From Octopus sinensis (Eukaryota), in contig NC_042998.1 in the NCBI RefSeq assembly GCF_006345805.1, positions 175,212,001-175,276,000 of the forward strand: 64,000 nucleotides of DNA, given 5' to 3'. Below are positions 47,901 to 58,344 of this stretch, in pieces. A model generated the notes under the pieces. The model ran no database searches. It had not been told where the DNA came from and saw nothing but the letters and a program-made list of their open reading frames with translations. Both the position numbers and the translations under genes were made by a program. Every line of letters starts with the position of its first letter. Positions within the stretch are counted from its first letter, which is position 1.

Positions 47901-49640
47901 ATACCCTTCCCCCACCCCTAACCCTAAATCTAAAATAGATTGAAATGCAATAGATCGGTACTAGGGTTATAATTATGGGTGACAATTTCATACGACACCA
48001 CTAAGTTTTTTATAGCAGTGTCGTATGAAATTGTCACCTATAATTATGACCCTAGAATCGATCTATTGCATTTCAATCTATTTTAGATTTAGGGTTAGGG
48101 GTGGAGGAAGGGTATCTTTTTTCTTCACAAATGTAAATAAACCCAATCTGTTTCTTAAACGAGTGATATATTAATTGGTTAAAATTGCCGAAATGCAAGA
48201 AATTTTAGACGAAATATGTTACAACCTATAGAATTTTCTCAATAAAGCCAAGAGAAAATGGTGTTTTATAAACACATTCTACCAGCATACAAAGTTTTAA
48301 AGTTTTGTGAACAGAAATGGACTATTCTCCCACTGACTACAAATTTTAAAAATTAGTAAAGGATAGAATTTTTACATGATTTTGACAAATTAAATTTAAA
48401 TGTTGAAGTGAATCTAACGGTTTTTGTCTGTTTCTTAAATGGCTTATAAACACCTACCCATGCTAGCATGGAAAGCGGACGTTAAACGATGATGATGATG
48501 ATATGCTGCAATTGTTTTCATTCCAGCACACGATCTCAGATCAAGTCACTCGCTATGCAAGTACAAGGAGGAATGGTAATATAAGATTGAGACATGTGAA
48601 AGGTGCTGAATGTTGGAAGTAAGAAAACCTAACAGGAATGGATGTTAAAGTTAGGATTATGATAATAGTTTGTTATTGTGCTGCGGAGTTCAGTTTTGTC
48701 ATACATAGCGGAAATCTTATAGATAATTCTGAGTTCCTACCTTTCACCTAAAGAGTTCTCTCTGTATGTGTTTGTTAGTCTGTTACATTTTCTAATTGTG
48801 ATTTTCAAATCTACTTGAAGCTCCCCGAGCACCAACAAATTGGAAGAAAGGTCATATCATCATCATCATCGGTACTAGGGTTATAATTATGGGTGACAAT
48901 TTCATACGACACCACTAAGTTTTTTATAGCAGTGTCGTATGAAATTGTCACCTATAATTATGACCCTAGAATCGATCTATTGCATTTCAATCTATTTTAG
49001 ATTTAGGGTTAGGGGTGGAGGAAGGGTATCTTTTTTCTTCACAAATGTAAATAAACCCAATCTGTTTCTTAAACGAGTGATATATTAATTGGTTAAAATT
49101 GCCGAAATGCAAGAAATTTTAGACGAAATATGTTACAACCTATAGAATTTTCTCAATAAAGCCAAGAGAAAATGGTGTTTTATAAACACATTCTACCAGC
49201 ATACAAAGTTTTAAAGTTTTGTGAACAGAAATGGACTATTCTCCCACTGACTACAAATTTTAAAAATTAGTAAAGGATAGAATTTTTACATGATTTTATT
49301 AAATATCTATTTTTTAGTAGTTTTATTTTTCCTTTTCTTTTTTGTTTGTCTTTTTACTTAAATATTTTTTTTTAAAATTCATATTTGTTTTTTCTTTTAT
49401 TTCAGGAGTCTTGGTTGTACTGTAGTAGAAATGTTCACAATGAAACCACCTTGGCCTGACCTTGAATCTATGGCTGCTATTTATAAAATTGCTACATCAG
49501 AACATCCAAAATATGAACTTCCTTTTCATGTCTCTGATATAGCTAGAGACTGTATTCGAAATTGTTTCAGAAAAAATTCTCGAGAACGTCCTACTGCTGA
49601 AGATTTGTTACGCCATAGATTTATATTCGAAGGTCTATAA
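26571..49640 (+). CDS. MAP3K2: MAP3K2/MAP3K3 (MEKK2/3)-like kinase, spliced CDS over 14 exons; PB1 + STE11-family kinase domain
   Basis: 14 exons joined by GT-AG introns with consistent phases; 1857 nt (618 aa + stop) from ATG 26588 to TAA 49638-49640. Motifs include [10 protein letters not shown] (PB1), [62 protein letters not shown] and WMAPE. Likely the single invertebrate co-ortholog of MAP3K2 and MAP3K3. Confidence 0.95.
27110..27500 (+). mobile_element. RTE-related SINE with ~3 minisatellite units
   Basis: ggcacgtaaaaagcaccatcc repeats, ttaggaagggcatccagc, (tga)n tail. Confidence 0.85.
28629..29028 (+). mobile_element. Non-autonomous Helitron, 400 bp
   Basis: A|TCtttatatataaaa 5' end; subterminal cccgagcaacgccgtgc hairpin; CTAG|T 3' end; inserted between A and T with no TSD. 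Confidence 0.85.
29640..30020 (-). mobile_element. Merlin (IS1595/ISXO2-like) DDE transposase remnant
   Basis: [25 protein letters not shown] and [11 protein letters not shown] motifs over two frames. Confidence 0.8.
30090..30604 (+). mobile_element. CR1-clade LINE 3' fragment
   Basis: [39 protein letters not shown]...TRGHAYK...[14 protein letters not shown]; (ATT)n tail. Confidence 0.9.
31268..31314 (+). CDS. MAP3K2: MAP3K2/3 exon B, PB1 start ([16 protein letters not shown])
   Basis: Acceptor atttcag, donor AG|gtaagt; 47 nt; matches MEKK2/3 VRVKFEHRGEKR. Confidence 0.93.
31997..32102 (+). CDS. MAP3K2: MAP3K2/3 exon C, PB1 ([35 protein letters not shown])
   Basis: Acceptor tcttag, donor GAA|gtaagt; 106 nt; phases fit both neighbours. 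Confidence 0.93.
33321..34497 (+). mobile_element. Mariner DNA transposon with both ends, decayed transposase (about 33469-34422)
   Basis: TA|tcaggtcatcccataagttctgtccga ... tcggacagaacttatggaatgacctga|TA; WVPHEL, VTGDKKW, HQDNA and [13 protein letters not shown] motifs; stops and frameshifts. Confidence 0.95.
35275..35480 (+). mobile_element. LINE ORF2 internal fragment (endonuclease-RT linker)
   Basis: [20 protein letters not shown] resembles the CR1 linker motif NPKxFWKYV. Confidence 0.55.
35879..36061 (+). CDS. MAP3K2: MAP3K2/3 exon D, PB1 end + linker ([31 protein letters not shown]...SESYYN)
   Basis: Acceptor cttttcag, donor AAT|gtaagt; 183 nt, open frame. Confidence 0.93.
36286..36414 (+). 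CDS. MAP3K2: MAP3K2/3 exon E ([16 protein letters not shown]...[14 protein letters not shown])
   Basis: Acceptor ctgttgcag, donor GAA|gtaagt; 129 nt; conserved SPPPG and EGxFIPE motifs. Confidence 0.94.
36435..36680 (-). mobile_element. Truncated RTE-related SINE just downstream of exon E
   Basis: Same body as the 5332 copy, about 1.5 minisatellite units. Confidence 0.85.
37038..37132 (+). CDS. MAP3K2: MAP3K2/3 exon F ([31 protein letters not shown])
   Basis: Acceptor tttgcag, donor CA|gtaagt; 95 nt; corresponds to vertebrate SGSCPSLDSP. Confidence 0.88.
38244..38332 (+). CDS. MAP3K2: MAP3K2/3 exon G ([29 protein letters not shown])
   Basis: Acceptor tttttaaacag, donor G|gtaaga; 89 nt; GESYP conserved. 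Confidence 0.88.
38456..38527 (+). CDS. MAP3K2: MAP3K2/3 exon H ([23 protein letters not shown])
   Basis: Acceptor attttcag, donor C|gtaagt; 72 nt; GTFPR corresponds to vertebrate GTYPR. Confidence 0.9.
39300..39445 (+). mobile_element. Short Penelope-like terminal-repeat fragment with hammerhead-like motif (G12A, probably dead)
   Basis: tcttt-CTGTTGA-A-GAGC(atag)GCTC-AAA-ACGT-A-aaaga at 39303-39340. Confidence 0.6.
39950..40112 (-). mobile_element. 5' half of family A SINE
   Basis: cacacagccactcttg head, ggcttctttcagtttcc core. Confidence 0.75.
40144..40437 (-). mobile_element. tRNA-head SINE family C
   Basis: Minus-strand head gtggaggcgcaatggcccagtggttagggcagcggac...ggtttcaattccc; sister copy at 52215. 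Confidence 0.85.
40820..41059 (+). CDS. MAP3K2: MAP3K2/3 exon I (RHRTFPRS...KRNSDMDSP...VHFSK)
   Basis: Acceptor tttattcag, donor T|gtgagc; 240 nt; RTFPR motif and KRNSDMD (vertebrate RRGSDID). Confidence 0.93.
41668..41920. mobile_element. 253-bp near-perfect palindromic MITE (126-bp arms, 1-nt loop at 41794)
   Basis: Arms differ at 6 positions; lies 366 nt upstream of exon J. Confidence 0.92.
42286..42434 (+). CDS. MAP3K2: MAP3K2/3 exon J, kinase subdomains I-II ([39 protein letters not shown])
   Basis: Acceptor ctacttgaag, donor AAG|gtaaat; 149 nt. Confidence 0.96.
42916..43038 (+). CDS. MAP3K2: MAP3K2/3 exon K, kinase III-V ([26 protein letters not shown]...FMEYMPG)
   Basis: Acceptor tttacag, donor GGG|gtaaga; 123 nt. 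Confidence 0.96.
44369..44602 (-). mobile_element. tRNA-head SINE family B
   Basis: Reverse complement of the 17138 copy. Confidence 0.85.
44732..44861 (+). CDS. MAP3K2: MAP3K2/3 exon L, kinase VIa-VIb ([13 protein letters not shown]...IVHRDIK)
   Basis: Acceptor catttcag, donor T|gtaagt; 130 nt. Confidence 0.96.
44943..45132 (-). mobile_element. R4/Dong-like 3' end in (TAA)n
   Basis: Minus strand encodes [14 protein letters not shown]; collinear with the 25351 copy. Confidence 0.78.
46009..46183 (+). CDS. MAP3K2: MAP3K2/3 exon M, kinase VIb-IX ([23 protein letters not shown]...GTPHWMAPE...KADIW)
   Basis: Acceptor ttttacag, donor TG|gtaagc; 175 nt; DFG and APE present. Confidence 0.97.
47669..48306. 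mobile_element. ~640-bp foldback (palindromic MITE) in the last intron
   Basis: Left arm 47669-47997 and right arm about 48018-48306, with a ~20-nt loop and a ~50-bp indel in one arm. Confidence 0.9.
47954..49297 (+). repeat. Direct duplication 47954-48383 = 48868-49297 flanking an inserted copy of 41844-42318
   Basis: 430-bp copies identical by eye (offset 914). Confidence 0.95.
48379..48853 (+). pseudogene. 475-bp duplicate of the 3' end of the intron preceding exon J, plus the first 33 nt of exon J
   Basis: Matches 41844-42318 with only 2 substitutions seen; intact acceptor ctacttgaag|ctcccc at 48820/48821. Confidence 0.93.
49406..49640 (+). CDS. MAP3K2: MAP3K2/3 last coding exon ([16 protein letters not shown]...[18 protein letters not shown])
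   Basis: Long polypyrimidine acceptor ending ttcag; 235 nt; TAA at 49638-49640. Confidence 0.96.
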
Positions 49641-50169
49641 TACTAGCTTTTTTTGACTTTCTGCACTTCTATCAAAAGTCTTTCACTGGTAACAAAAGCA
49701 GATATGGATAGGAAATGAAAGAGTAAAAAGATAATGAAGGAGAGAGAGAGAGTGAATCAAGTAAACAAAGAGAGATTATTGGTTTTGTTGTGTGAAATAT
49801 CTAAAGAATTTCTACATCTGTTTCAAATCTGGTCTGTTTTGCTCTTCTTCTTTAACCTGATTTTTCTGGACAAAGAAAACCAGGTATGATAGAAATATAA
49901 AAAGAAAAGTGTTGCAAATGATCTGTTTAGTTATCCTATATTTTTTCCAAAGAGAAAAAATGTAAGAGGTGGATCAAAGCCAGTGAACGTCTGCAATTAC
50001 TGGAAATCTTCAAGAGGATGTTGAAGCCAATGAATGTTCTCAGTGTCTGTGCTCCTTTTATTTACAACTGAGTCAAAGAAGTACAGCTGAAATGGTGCTA
50101 AATATTATTCAAGATTTGTCAAAAAGAGGCTTTGGTGTTTACTATCTTGGATTCAAGGTATGAAGAGAG

Positions 50170-51125
50170 AATAAAGTTGTTAGAAGTTGAAAATAAAAAT
50201 CAAGAAAATGGCATTCTAGTGTGAGAATGTTGACTGCAGCCATGGTTCTTGACAACAATTATGCAAGGGAGATAACAAAGATATTGGTTACAACAACAAT
50301 TCTTCAAACACCAAGTTCACTCTCTTTTTCTCTCTCTCTCTCCTCTCTTTCTTTCTCTCTACCTTCTATACATATTTCTTCCTACCTTATTATTAAGGCA
50401 GAGAAATGGTCTGATTAAAAATATAGAACAATTGAAATTATAAACAGCTGCCCTTAAAGTAGTACTGCTGTCCACTTAAAATATATTCTAAAGAATTTGA
50501 CTGAAATTGTTTCTACTGCTGCTGGCAGCATTATTATGATAAACACCACCTCAACTACAACCACAACAACAGTCTCAGTATAAAGAGCAATGAATAGATT
50601 GCAAGGATTATTACTCCTTATATGTACACTAAGCATGCAGGTACATGCACACATGGCTGTGTACGTATCATTCACTCACCAACAGTCTGCTAACATCCAA
50701 CACTTATTTTGGCCTGATTCTAGCAGTGACAATGAATATGAACTGGAAAAAAGAAAACTCAAAAGATCGAAGTAAATTGTCTGTAGCATTTGCATACCAG
50801 ATTCTTTTCACAGAACAATGGCTCTGGGGGTTGAAGTACTTAGACTATCTACACATGGTCGTGTGTTCAAACTTTGCTCTTTCTACAGCCATTGTGTTAC
50901 ATCCCACCTAAGAAATACACATTACTTTGTTTGCCCCCATTCTGCTTAGCTAGCCATGAATACCACTTCTGCTTGATGGTTAGCAGCGGGAAAGGGCATC
51001 CATTTGTAAGAACAATTGATCCAACAAAATGCAAATGTTCAAAAATGCAAAAAAAAATAGATATAACCCATACATCCATGCTAGCATGGAAGAAATGGAT
51101 GTAAAGCAGTAATAAATAAATAAAA
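50170..51125 (+). terminator. Candidate poly(A) signals for the MAP3K 3'UTR
   Basis: AATAAA at 50170, 50192 and a cluster near 51113-51125; the hexamer is common in AT-rich DNA. Confidence 0.25.
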
Positions 51126-52183
51126 AGTAACTCAACCCACCCACCCCCCTATTCAGTGAGTGTTTTATAATTAATACAAGTAGAACTATTGGAGGCCAAT
51201 GAGTAACTCTCAGTGAATCAGTACAGAATATTTCTTACCCTGAAAATAATATTTAAACCATATTTTATGGTAAGGAATACAATTTATACAGATGTACAAA
51301 CACTATGTGGTTCATTACAAAAAGAAAAATAAGAAAAAATGTAATTTAACTTATCTTCTGCTTCTTCTATTTGTTTCATTTGTTTGTTGTTAACTACTTG
51401 TTCATTTATTTTCTTATAATGCTGTTATATTGTTAACATTTGTTCAGTTCATATTTCTTTCTTCACCCGTACCATTACCCTTTGTTATTGTGTTGATTCT
51501 GTAACACATTGGTAGGTGTATCTATTCATTGTAGTATCGTGGATTGTATTGGACATGTGTAAAAAATGTGCACAGTGAATGTGTGAGGCGTGTGTAAGAA
51601 GACTGTGCAGTATATGGAATATGTAAGAAGTGTGTAAAATGTATGAGACATGTGATGTAATGTACGACATGTGATGTACGAGAAGAAGTTTGTACAGGGA
51701 TTGCAAAAGGATCAAGTTGGATATAGCTTATTGGATGTGCAATGTTAATCTAGAGGAAAAGCTGAGTGTGAGTGAGCTGGCGAAACAGAACGTTTTCCAA
51801 AGCATTGATTAATTTGTAATAGAGAGATATCATAGATATCTATACCAGTCAAACAGATGACCTATGCTGAATGAAAAGGAGTCAGAAATTTACAGTATTG
51901 GATACCTGTTGTAGTGCTAAACAAGAGAGAAAATGGTGAGGTCAGAGCTGAGAACATTTGGGCCCCGAAGATAAATTGACACAGGACTAAGATGCATTAA
52001 CTGGCTCTTTATTTCAGATCCATCCAACCCAGGCCATCAATGGAGAAATCTATATGGAAACCAAGTAGGCTGATGAGGATGAGTGTACTCACTTCCTCTG
52101 CTACTTTTTCCAAATATTTCAAATGAAAGTTCTCATTTCAAGGAGAAGTATATGTATTAATATGGATATGTATGGACAGCTAT

Positions 52184-52214
<31 letters not shown>

Positions 52215-52221
<7 letters not shown>

Positions 52222-52482
52222 ACCAACCAGACCATCAGATGTTGCTACACATCGCTGGTCACAATGCGTTCGCATTGTTTTAGCCTTCAGAAGAAAGAGT
52301 GCAGGCCAACAGTAGAAAGAGTGCGAGAAAGAGTGGTGAAAGAGTACAGCAGAGATCACCACCCCCTGCCGGAGCTTCGTGAGGCTTTTAGGTGTTTTCG
52401 CTCAATAAACACTCACAACGCCCGGTCTGGGAATCGAAACCGCGAGTCCGCTGCCCTAACCACTGGGCCATTGTGCCTCCAC
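52215..52482 (-). mobile_element. tRNA-head SINE family C, internally deleted
   Basis: Collinear with the 40144 copy but lacking two short internal segments. Confidence 0.85.
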
Positions 52483-53121
52483 ACACACACACACATATAT
52501 ATATACATATACACATACACACACACATCAACATATACTCATATAGATCTATTTTTTGTGTATGTATACAGAAAGATAATTACAAATACACACACATACA
52601 CGCATGTAATTGTTATTCTTATAGAAGAATGTTGTTGACAGTAACTTCAAAGTTTTGGCCAGCTAAGTCATCGCCAGACTGCTTAGCTGGTCAAAACAAA
52701 TAATAAATTTGTACTCTACAAAAGTATAGAGTAAGCCATCAGCTTAATGTAAAATTGTTTTCATTATAACTGAATATAAAAACAAACATTAATATCCATA
52801 CATATACATCATCATCATAATGAGTTGGAAAGGACCCATCTAACCTATGCCAGCATGAAAAAGCAGATGTAAAAACTGGGATGATGACACATACATGTAT
52901 AAATCAATATGCTCCATCTTGTCAAACATTGAGGCATCCCCATATTCTATAACCTTTTTCACATAGCTGTACCTATAACGTCCCAGGGGTCATCAGGAAC
53001 AAAAAAATTACTTAATACATACAAACATTGCTTAAGTACCAATAGATTAAGTTGGTTTCTCCTTATAGAAGATACATATTTGTTTAAGGTTATCTACAAA
53101 AAATTCTAATATACCAATATA

Positions 53122-53348
53122 TATTTCTGTACTACCCACAAGGGGCTAAACACAGAGGGGACAAACAAGGGCAGACAAAGGGATTAAGTCGATTACATCG
53201 ACCCCAGTGCCTAACTGGTACTTAATTTATCGACCCCGAAAGGATGAAAGGCAAAGTCAACCTCGGCAGAATTTGAACTTGGAACATAACGAATTACGGC
53301 TACGCAATTCGCCCGGCATGCTAACGTTTCTGCCAGCTCGCCGCCTTT
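53122..53348 (-). mobile_element. tRNA-head SINE family B
   Basis: Reverse complement of the 17138 copy. Confidence 0.88.
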
Positions 53349-54442
53349 ACCAATATAATTCAACTTGCACTCATACACAGTTACATATTTATGTATATGT
53401 ATACCAGTTGATATGTGATATATCATCATCATTTAACATCCGCTGTTCCAAGCTTGCATGTGTCGGATGAAATTCTATGAGACAGAGTTTCTGGAGCTGG
53501 ATGCTATGTAGGAGACTCTTACCCAAGGTGCCTCTCAATAAGACTGATGCTGAAACCACTATACAGAGATATATTGTATATCCACATATATGTGTGTGTA
53601 TGCATATTCAAATGTGTACATTTACTTTACAGCTAAACCTATATATACTGACGGCACGTGTACATGGTGTGTGTGTGTATAATTTCAAAAGTTGGCAGTG
53701 TATTCTGAGTTTCACCTTTAGCTGTTCACAACTGTTTGATACCTACATTATGTAAAATATGTTTTATATACATCACAATGTGTGTGTATAAATGCTAATA
53801 CATGCACATTCTTCTATATGTTCTCGGTATGAAAACTGGAGTATAAATATATTAGTAAAGGTGTTAATAATTATGATACAAAACAGCTGCTGTATATTCA
53901 AACCTCCACTTTTTTTAATTGTAGTTATCAAATCCTCTAAATCATTGCATCTCATTTTCATAAACCTCTCTCTCTCTCTATGTACACAAGCATGCACACA
54001 CACACACACACATACCGCAGTTTCATATTAAAACTGATAAACATTTCATGTGGGTTATTGAATGAAACTAAGTTTTAAACAGCTTTAACACAACTCCACA
54101 AGTGAAAAAGAAACCTGTTAGAATAACGATTCTTATTTTTCACATCCAAATTTTTAAAAGAATAAAAGGGATTTTTCCCATTGGCACAAGGCCACATTTT
54201 GTAGGAAAAGCATATAGTTGGTGAAATGGACCCAGGACATGCTTATTTATTTTATTAGCTACAATCAAATATAAATCAGTGTTGACATTAGCACAATCTA
54301 AACTCAGTACACAGAGGAACAAATAGGTGGATACTGTTTGCCATTTAGTTTGGCTTCCTACTATTTCTGTTGCTTCACAGCCTTAGACCAAAGAATAATA
54401 TGTTCTAATTTTCCCGACAAATAACCTAATCATCAACATAAT

Positions 54443-54682
54443 AGGCGGCGAGCTGGCAGAAACGTTAGCACGTCGGGTGAAATGCGTAGCCGTATTTCGT
54501 CTACCGTTACGTTCTGAGTTCAAATTCCGCTGAGGTCGACTTTGCCTTTCATCCTTTCGGGGTCGATAAATTAAGTACCAGTTACGCACTGGGGTCGATG
54601 TAATCGACTTAATCTGTAAAAAATGGCGGTGCCCCAGCATGGCCACAGCTCATAGGCTGGAACTGGAATCAATCAATCAATC
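54443..54682 (+). mobile_element. Chimeric SINE: family B head + family A-like tail + (aatc)n
   Basis: Family B through gtcgatgtaatcgact, then ggcggtgccccagcatggcc. Confidence 0.7.
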
Positions 54683-56877
54683 ATATTGCTTACATTTCAA
54701 TTAATTTCTTATATGATCATCATTAGCTGTCTTATTCTTGGATGTTTACATGGTCCCAGACTGAATTTGAACTAGGAACCTTTTGTTTATCAGCTTTAAC
54801 TACTAGTAACAAAAATGTTTTCTATGAAGCGACTGTAATTGCACACACACACACATACACATACACACACACACACTCATATATATCTTATTTTATAAAT
54901 AATATTACAAGTTCAAATACAGTCTAGGATAAAACATCTGATGACAGTCAGAGATCAATGCACTAAAACTTGTCAGTATTGATATTTTATATATATTTTT
55001 CTCCTTTTGCTTGTTTCAATCATTGAACTCCACCCATGCTTGGGCACCACCTTAAAGGGTTTTCATTGAACAAATCAATCCCAGTACTTTTTAGATCTGG
55101 TACCCATTCTATTAGTCTCTTTTGCCAAACTGCCAAATTACAGAGATTTAAAAAAAACACTGGTTGTCAAGGAGTGGGAGACAAAGACACACACACATAC
55201 ACATATTCCATTACAATAATAAACATGTTACTCATTTCTTACATGGGCACAAGTTGATCAACTATACCCCACACAAAATTTGATATCTTGTTCCTCAAAT
55301 CTGTGGTGGAACAGGGTTATAGTTAATGATATCATTTCCAGTTTTTGACTGCTACATTTTTCTATCGACTCCAGAAAAATGAAAAGCAAAGCTGACTTCA
55401 GCAGGATTTGGGACCTGAAATCAAAATACAGCAGGTTATTTACACGGGGCTCTACTGATTCCATTGTAAGAAGAATCTGGTATTTTAACACAGAACCAAA
55501 GGAATTAGAACACAAAATACTGCAAGCATTTAGTTTGATGGACTGATGATGTAGTAGCTTTTTCTTGTTAGAGGAGGTGGGTCAGTACCTATAGCCATCA
55601 CTTTGCAGCTCTCCCAGGTTGGTGACATTGATGGAGTTGTATCCAGCCTGAACATTTTCAGATCAATGTCTTCAAGAAAAACCAAGCTGTTGAAAGAACA
55701 ACTAACAATCTGGTCCAAATGCTTGCAACACAATGAACTCAGCTGCAAGACCCATGGATCAAGTAGTGGTTTTGAACTGGGCAGTGCCACTCCACCATCT
55801 TAATAATAATGATACTGATGATAAGTGCTTATTCTTTCTGATCACAAAAGTCCATGGGGTTAAATGATGCTTATCTTTGGTTTTGGTACCATTAATTAAA
55901 AACCGAGAGATAAATCTCTGGGATTTGGGTCAGGCTTTTCATTGGCAGCTTTTCCTGTGGGTGGGACTAAACTCAATGCTACTCCTGATTAGAATTTTGA
56001 ATTATACCACTCTCTGCAAGAAATAACAATCAAATTTCTCTCAAATCATATCCAAGAATCTTAAATAAAAGGATACTCTAGATATTATCAGTCTTTCATC
56101 ATAAGTCTGTTTGATCAAGATTGACTTGGAGCAAGCAACAATTAAAAGTTGATCTGAGAGTTAAGTTCCACAGGCACATGCAGTAATAAAGGCGCAACCA
56201 ACCTCTCTGGTGGTGGTTTAGAATATAACCAACTTAACTATCCATAGGTAATATATATATATATATATATATCATAATCATATTGGTATTATATATATTT
56301 TAACTATATAAATATTATATTTCTTAATTACATGAATGGTATGTAGCGTATTAATACAAGAACTACATATTTTTAATTTACAAGGATTATTTTGTATACT
56401 TTTTTGTTTTTTACAAATATTTTTATTTTATCTAAATTGTTTCTTTTTTTTTTCTTTCGTATATTTTATTATTAACCTTTAAAGTGACACAATGGCTGTT
56501 AGTATTGTATACTGATGGCTCTCAAGATACCTGACTATATTTGCTAACAAAGCACTGTGTTACAAATTTCTAAGAAAGAAAGAAACATTATATTAGATAA
56601 ATATTCTACATGATAGTCACATTAGGAAAGTCTGATCCTTCTAGTCTGGTGTCCTTTCAACTGAGCAATATGAAATGGTTGTCTGGGTTCAGAAAACTGT
56701 TGTATATGAAATTTTGCTGCAAGCTTTTTTGTTGTGCATAACATCATTTTCAAAGTCTCAGTGTGATAGGCAGAGCTTTCTCTTTCTAAAATGTATACTG
56801 CGGTGCTCTTACTGCTGAGCTCCTGGGTGTTATTACCTTTTGGAATATATCAGAAGTACTCTTAGAAAACAGTTTAA

Positions 56878-57096
56878 CCCTTTAGTGTTCTGATTATTCT
56901 ATCAAACATAATGCTTATTGATTCACATTGATTTGAATTAATCATGCATTATCTCATATCTTCAAGATTTTGATGGTGTAATTACTTAATGTAGAATAAC
57001 ATTGTAGGGTAGGTGTGAGAGCCTGGATCTGGTCAGTTTGAACATAAAACAGATTAAATATTTTGGCTGGATATGGCTGGTTTAAATACTAAAGGG
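56878..57096. mobile_element. piggyBac-type MITE, 219 bp
   Basis: TTAA|ccctttagt ... actaaaggg|TTAA. Confidence 0.85.
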
Positions 57097-58344
57097 TTAA
57101 AGAGCAGTATGGGTTTGTTTTGATTAATATTTCAATAACCTGTGGCTTTGATTAGTCTTAATATTTATTTTTAACCTATAGAACACATTGTTTCGTTGCA
57201 ATTGTTTGACAAGTTATTTGTTGTTGCTTTGCTCCAGGTCAGTCCTGATTGAGCACATCTGTAATAAAAGGCAATCAAGCATGACCATTCCATTTATGTC
57301 CTTTTCTGGTAGTGAGCTACAGTGTCCATTGTAGCTTTCCTTTTTTTAAAAAAAATAGGGTGAAATTTAAGAGAGATTTGGTGGCTATGTCTAACAGATC
57401 ATATGACTTTGTAGAAGAGCTGTCAACCCTGCCACTGTTAAATATTTGACTTTGGGCCTCTGTTAATCATTATTTTAAAAATAATGATAAATATCATAGT
57501 TTCTCTACATGTTTTATTGCCTACATAACCAGTGTAATGTAATTAATTACAAAAATATACCTATTATACAGTAAGTTATTGACATACTTTTGTCTTTTAA
57601 TACCTAAAATCAAGACAATACCAGAATATATTCACATAATATTCTTTATTGCTTTATGTGTGAGAAATACTGTGAAATTCATGTGAATATTTGTGAGGTT
57701 ATTAAGAATACAATTATGTAATAAATAACATACTGCTGTCAGGGTTCCTATATGAATCATAATTTTGACTGAGAAATATGTTAAAACCTATTTAAATGCA
57801 TGTAAGTTGGATCTCGTATTTATATTTTTTAATAAATGATGGGAAACTCATAGCATATCTTATAACTCACTACACATTTTTATCTAACAAAACAACTAAA
57901 CTATAAAATGTTGAGTTCAGGGCTAGCCTTTCCCTTTTGGACCTACAAGCATCATTCAATGTATCTTCTTTGTATAAGACAATGTGTGATGTGAAGATGT
58001 AGTTTCTATTATTAATAGGTTGAGTTTAAGCAGTCTTATAAAGATCCCTAGTTGGTTCAGAAGACATGTACAACACAGGTGTGTGACAAGAGACATAGGT
58101 ACTATTAATTAATAAACTAAGTAACAACTTAGGTAATTGAAAGGGGCAAATTTATCAGGTTTTTACACTCTAACATACTCCCCTATGCATATTCATAACT
58201 AGCTCGTTTTGAACAAAATATTGACACAGTATGGTATATATGCATAGGTGTATAGATACATATATGGACAGTACAGTGGTTAAAAGTTCTCTTTGTACTA
58301 ACAAAGTTAATTTGATTAGTAGAAATTGAAAAGAAGCCCATCAT

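Noticed and set aside
47910-47935. Telomere-like CCCTAA/TTAGGG units
   Set aside because: Only 2 units, internal to the foldback MITE.
51730-52050. Possible second GIY-YIG remnant (LICN...YTSQTDDL)
   Set aside because: Too degenerate to call without an HMM search.
52070-52100. Canonical CTGATGA followed by a hairpin (possible hammerhead)
   Set aside because: No GAAA after the hairpin and no helix I/III partner.
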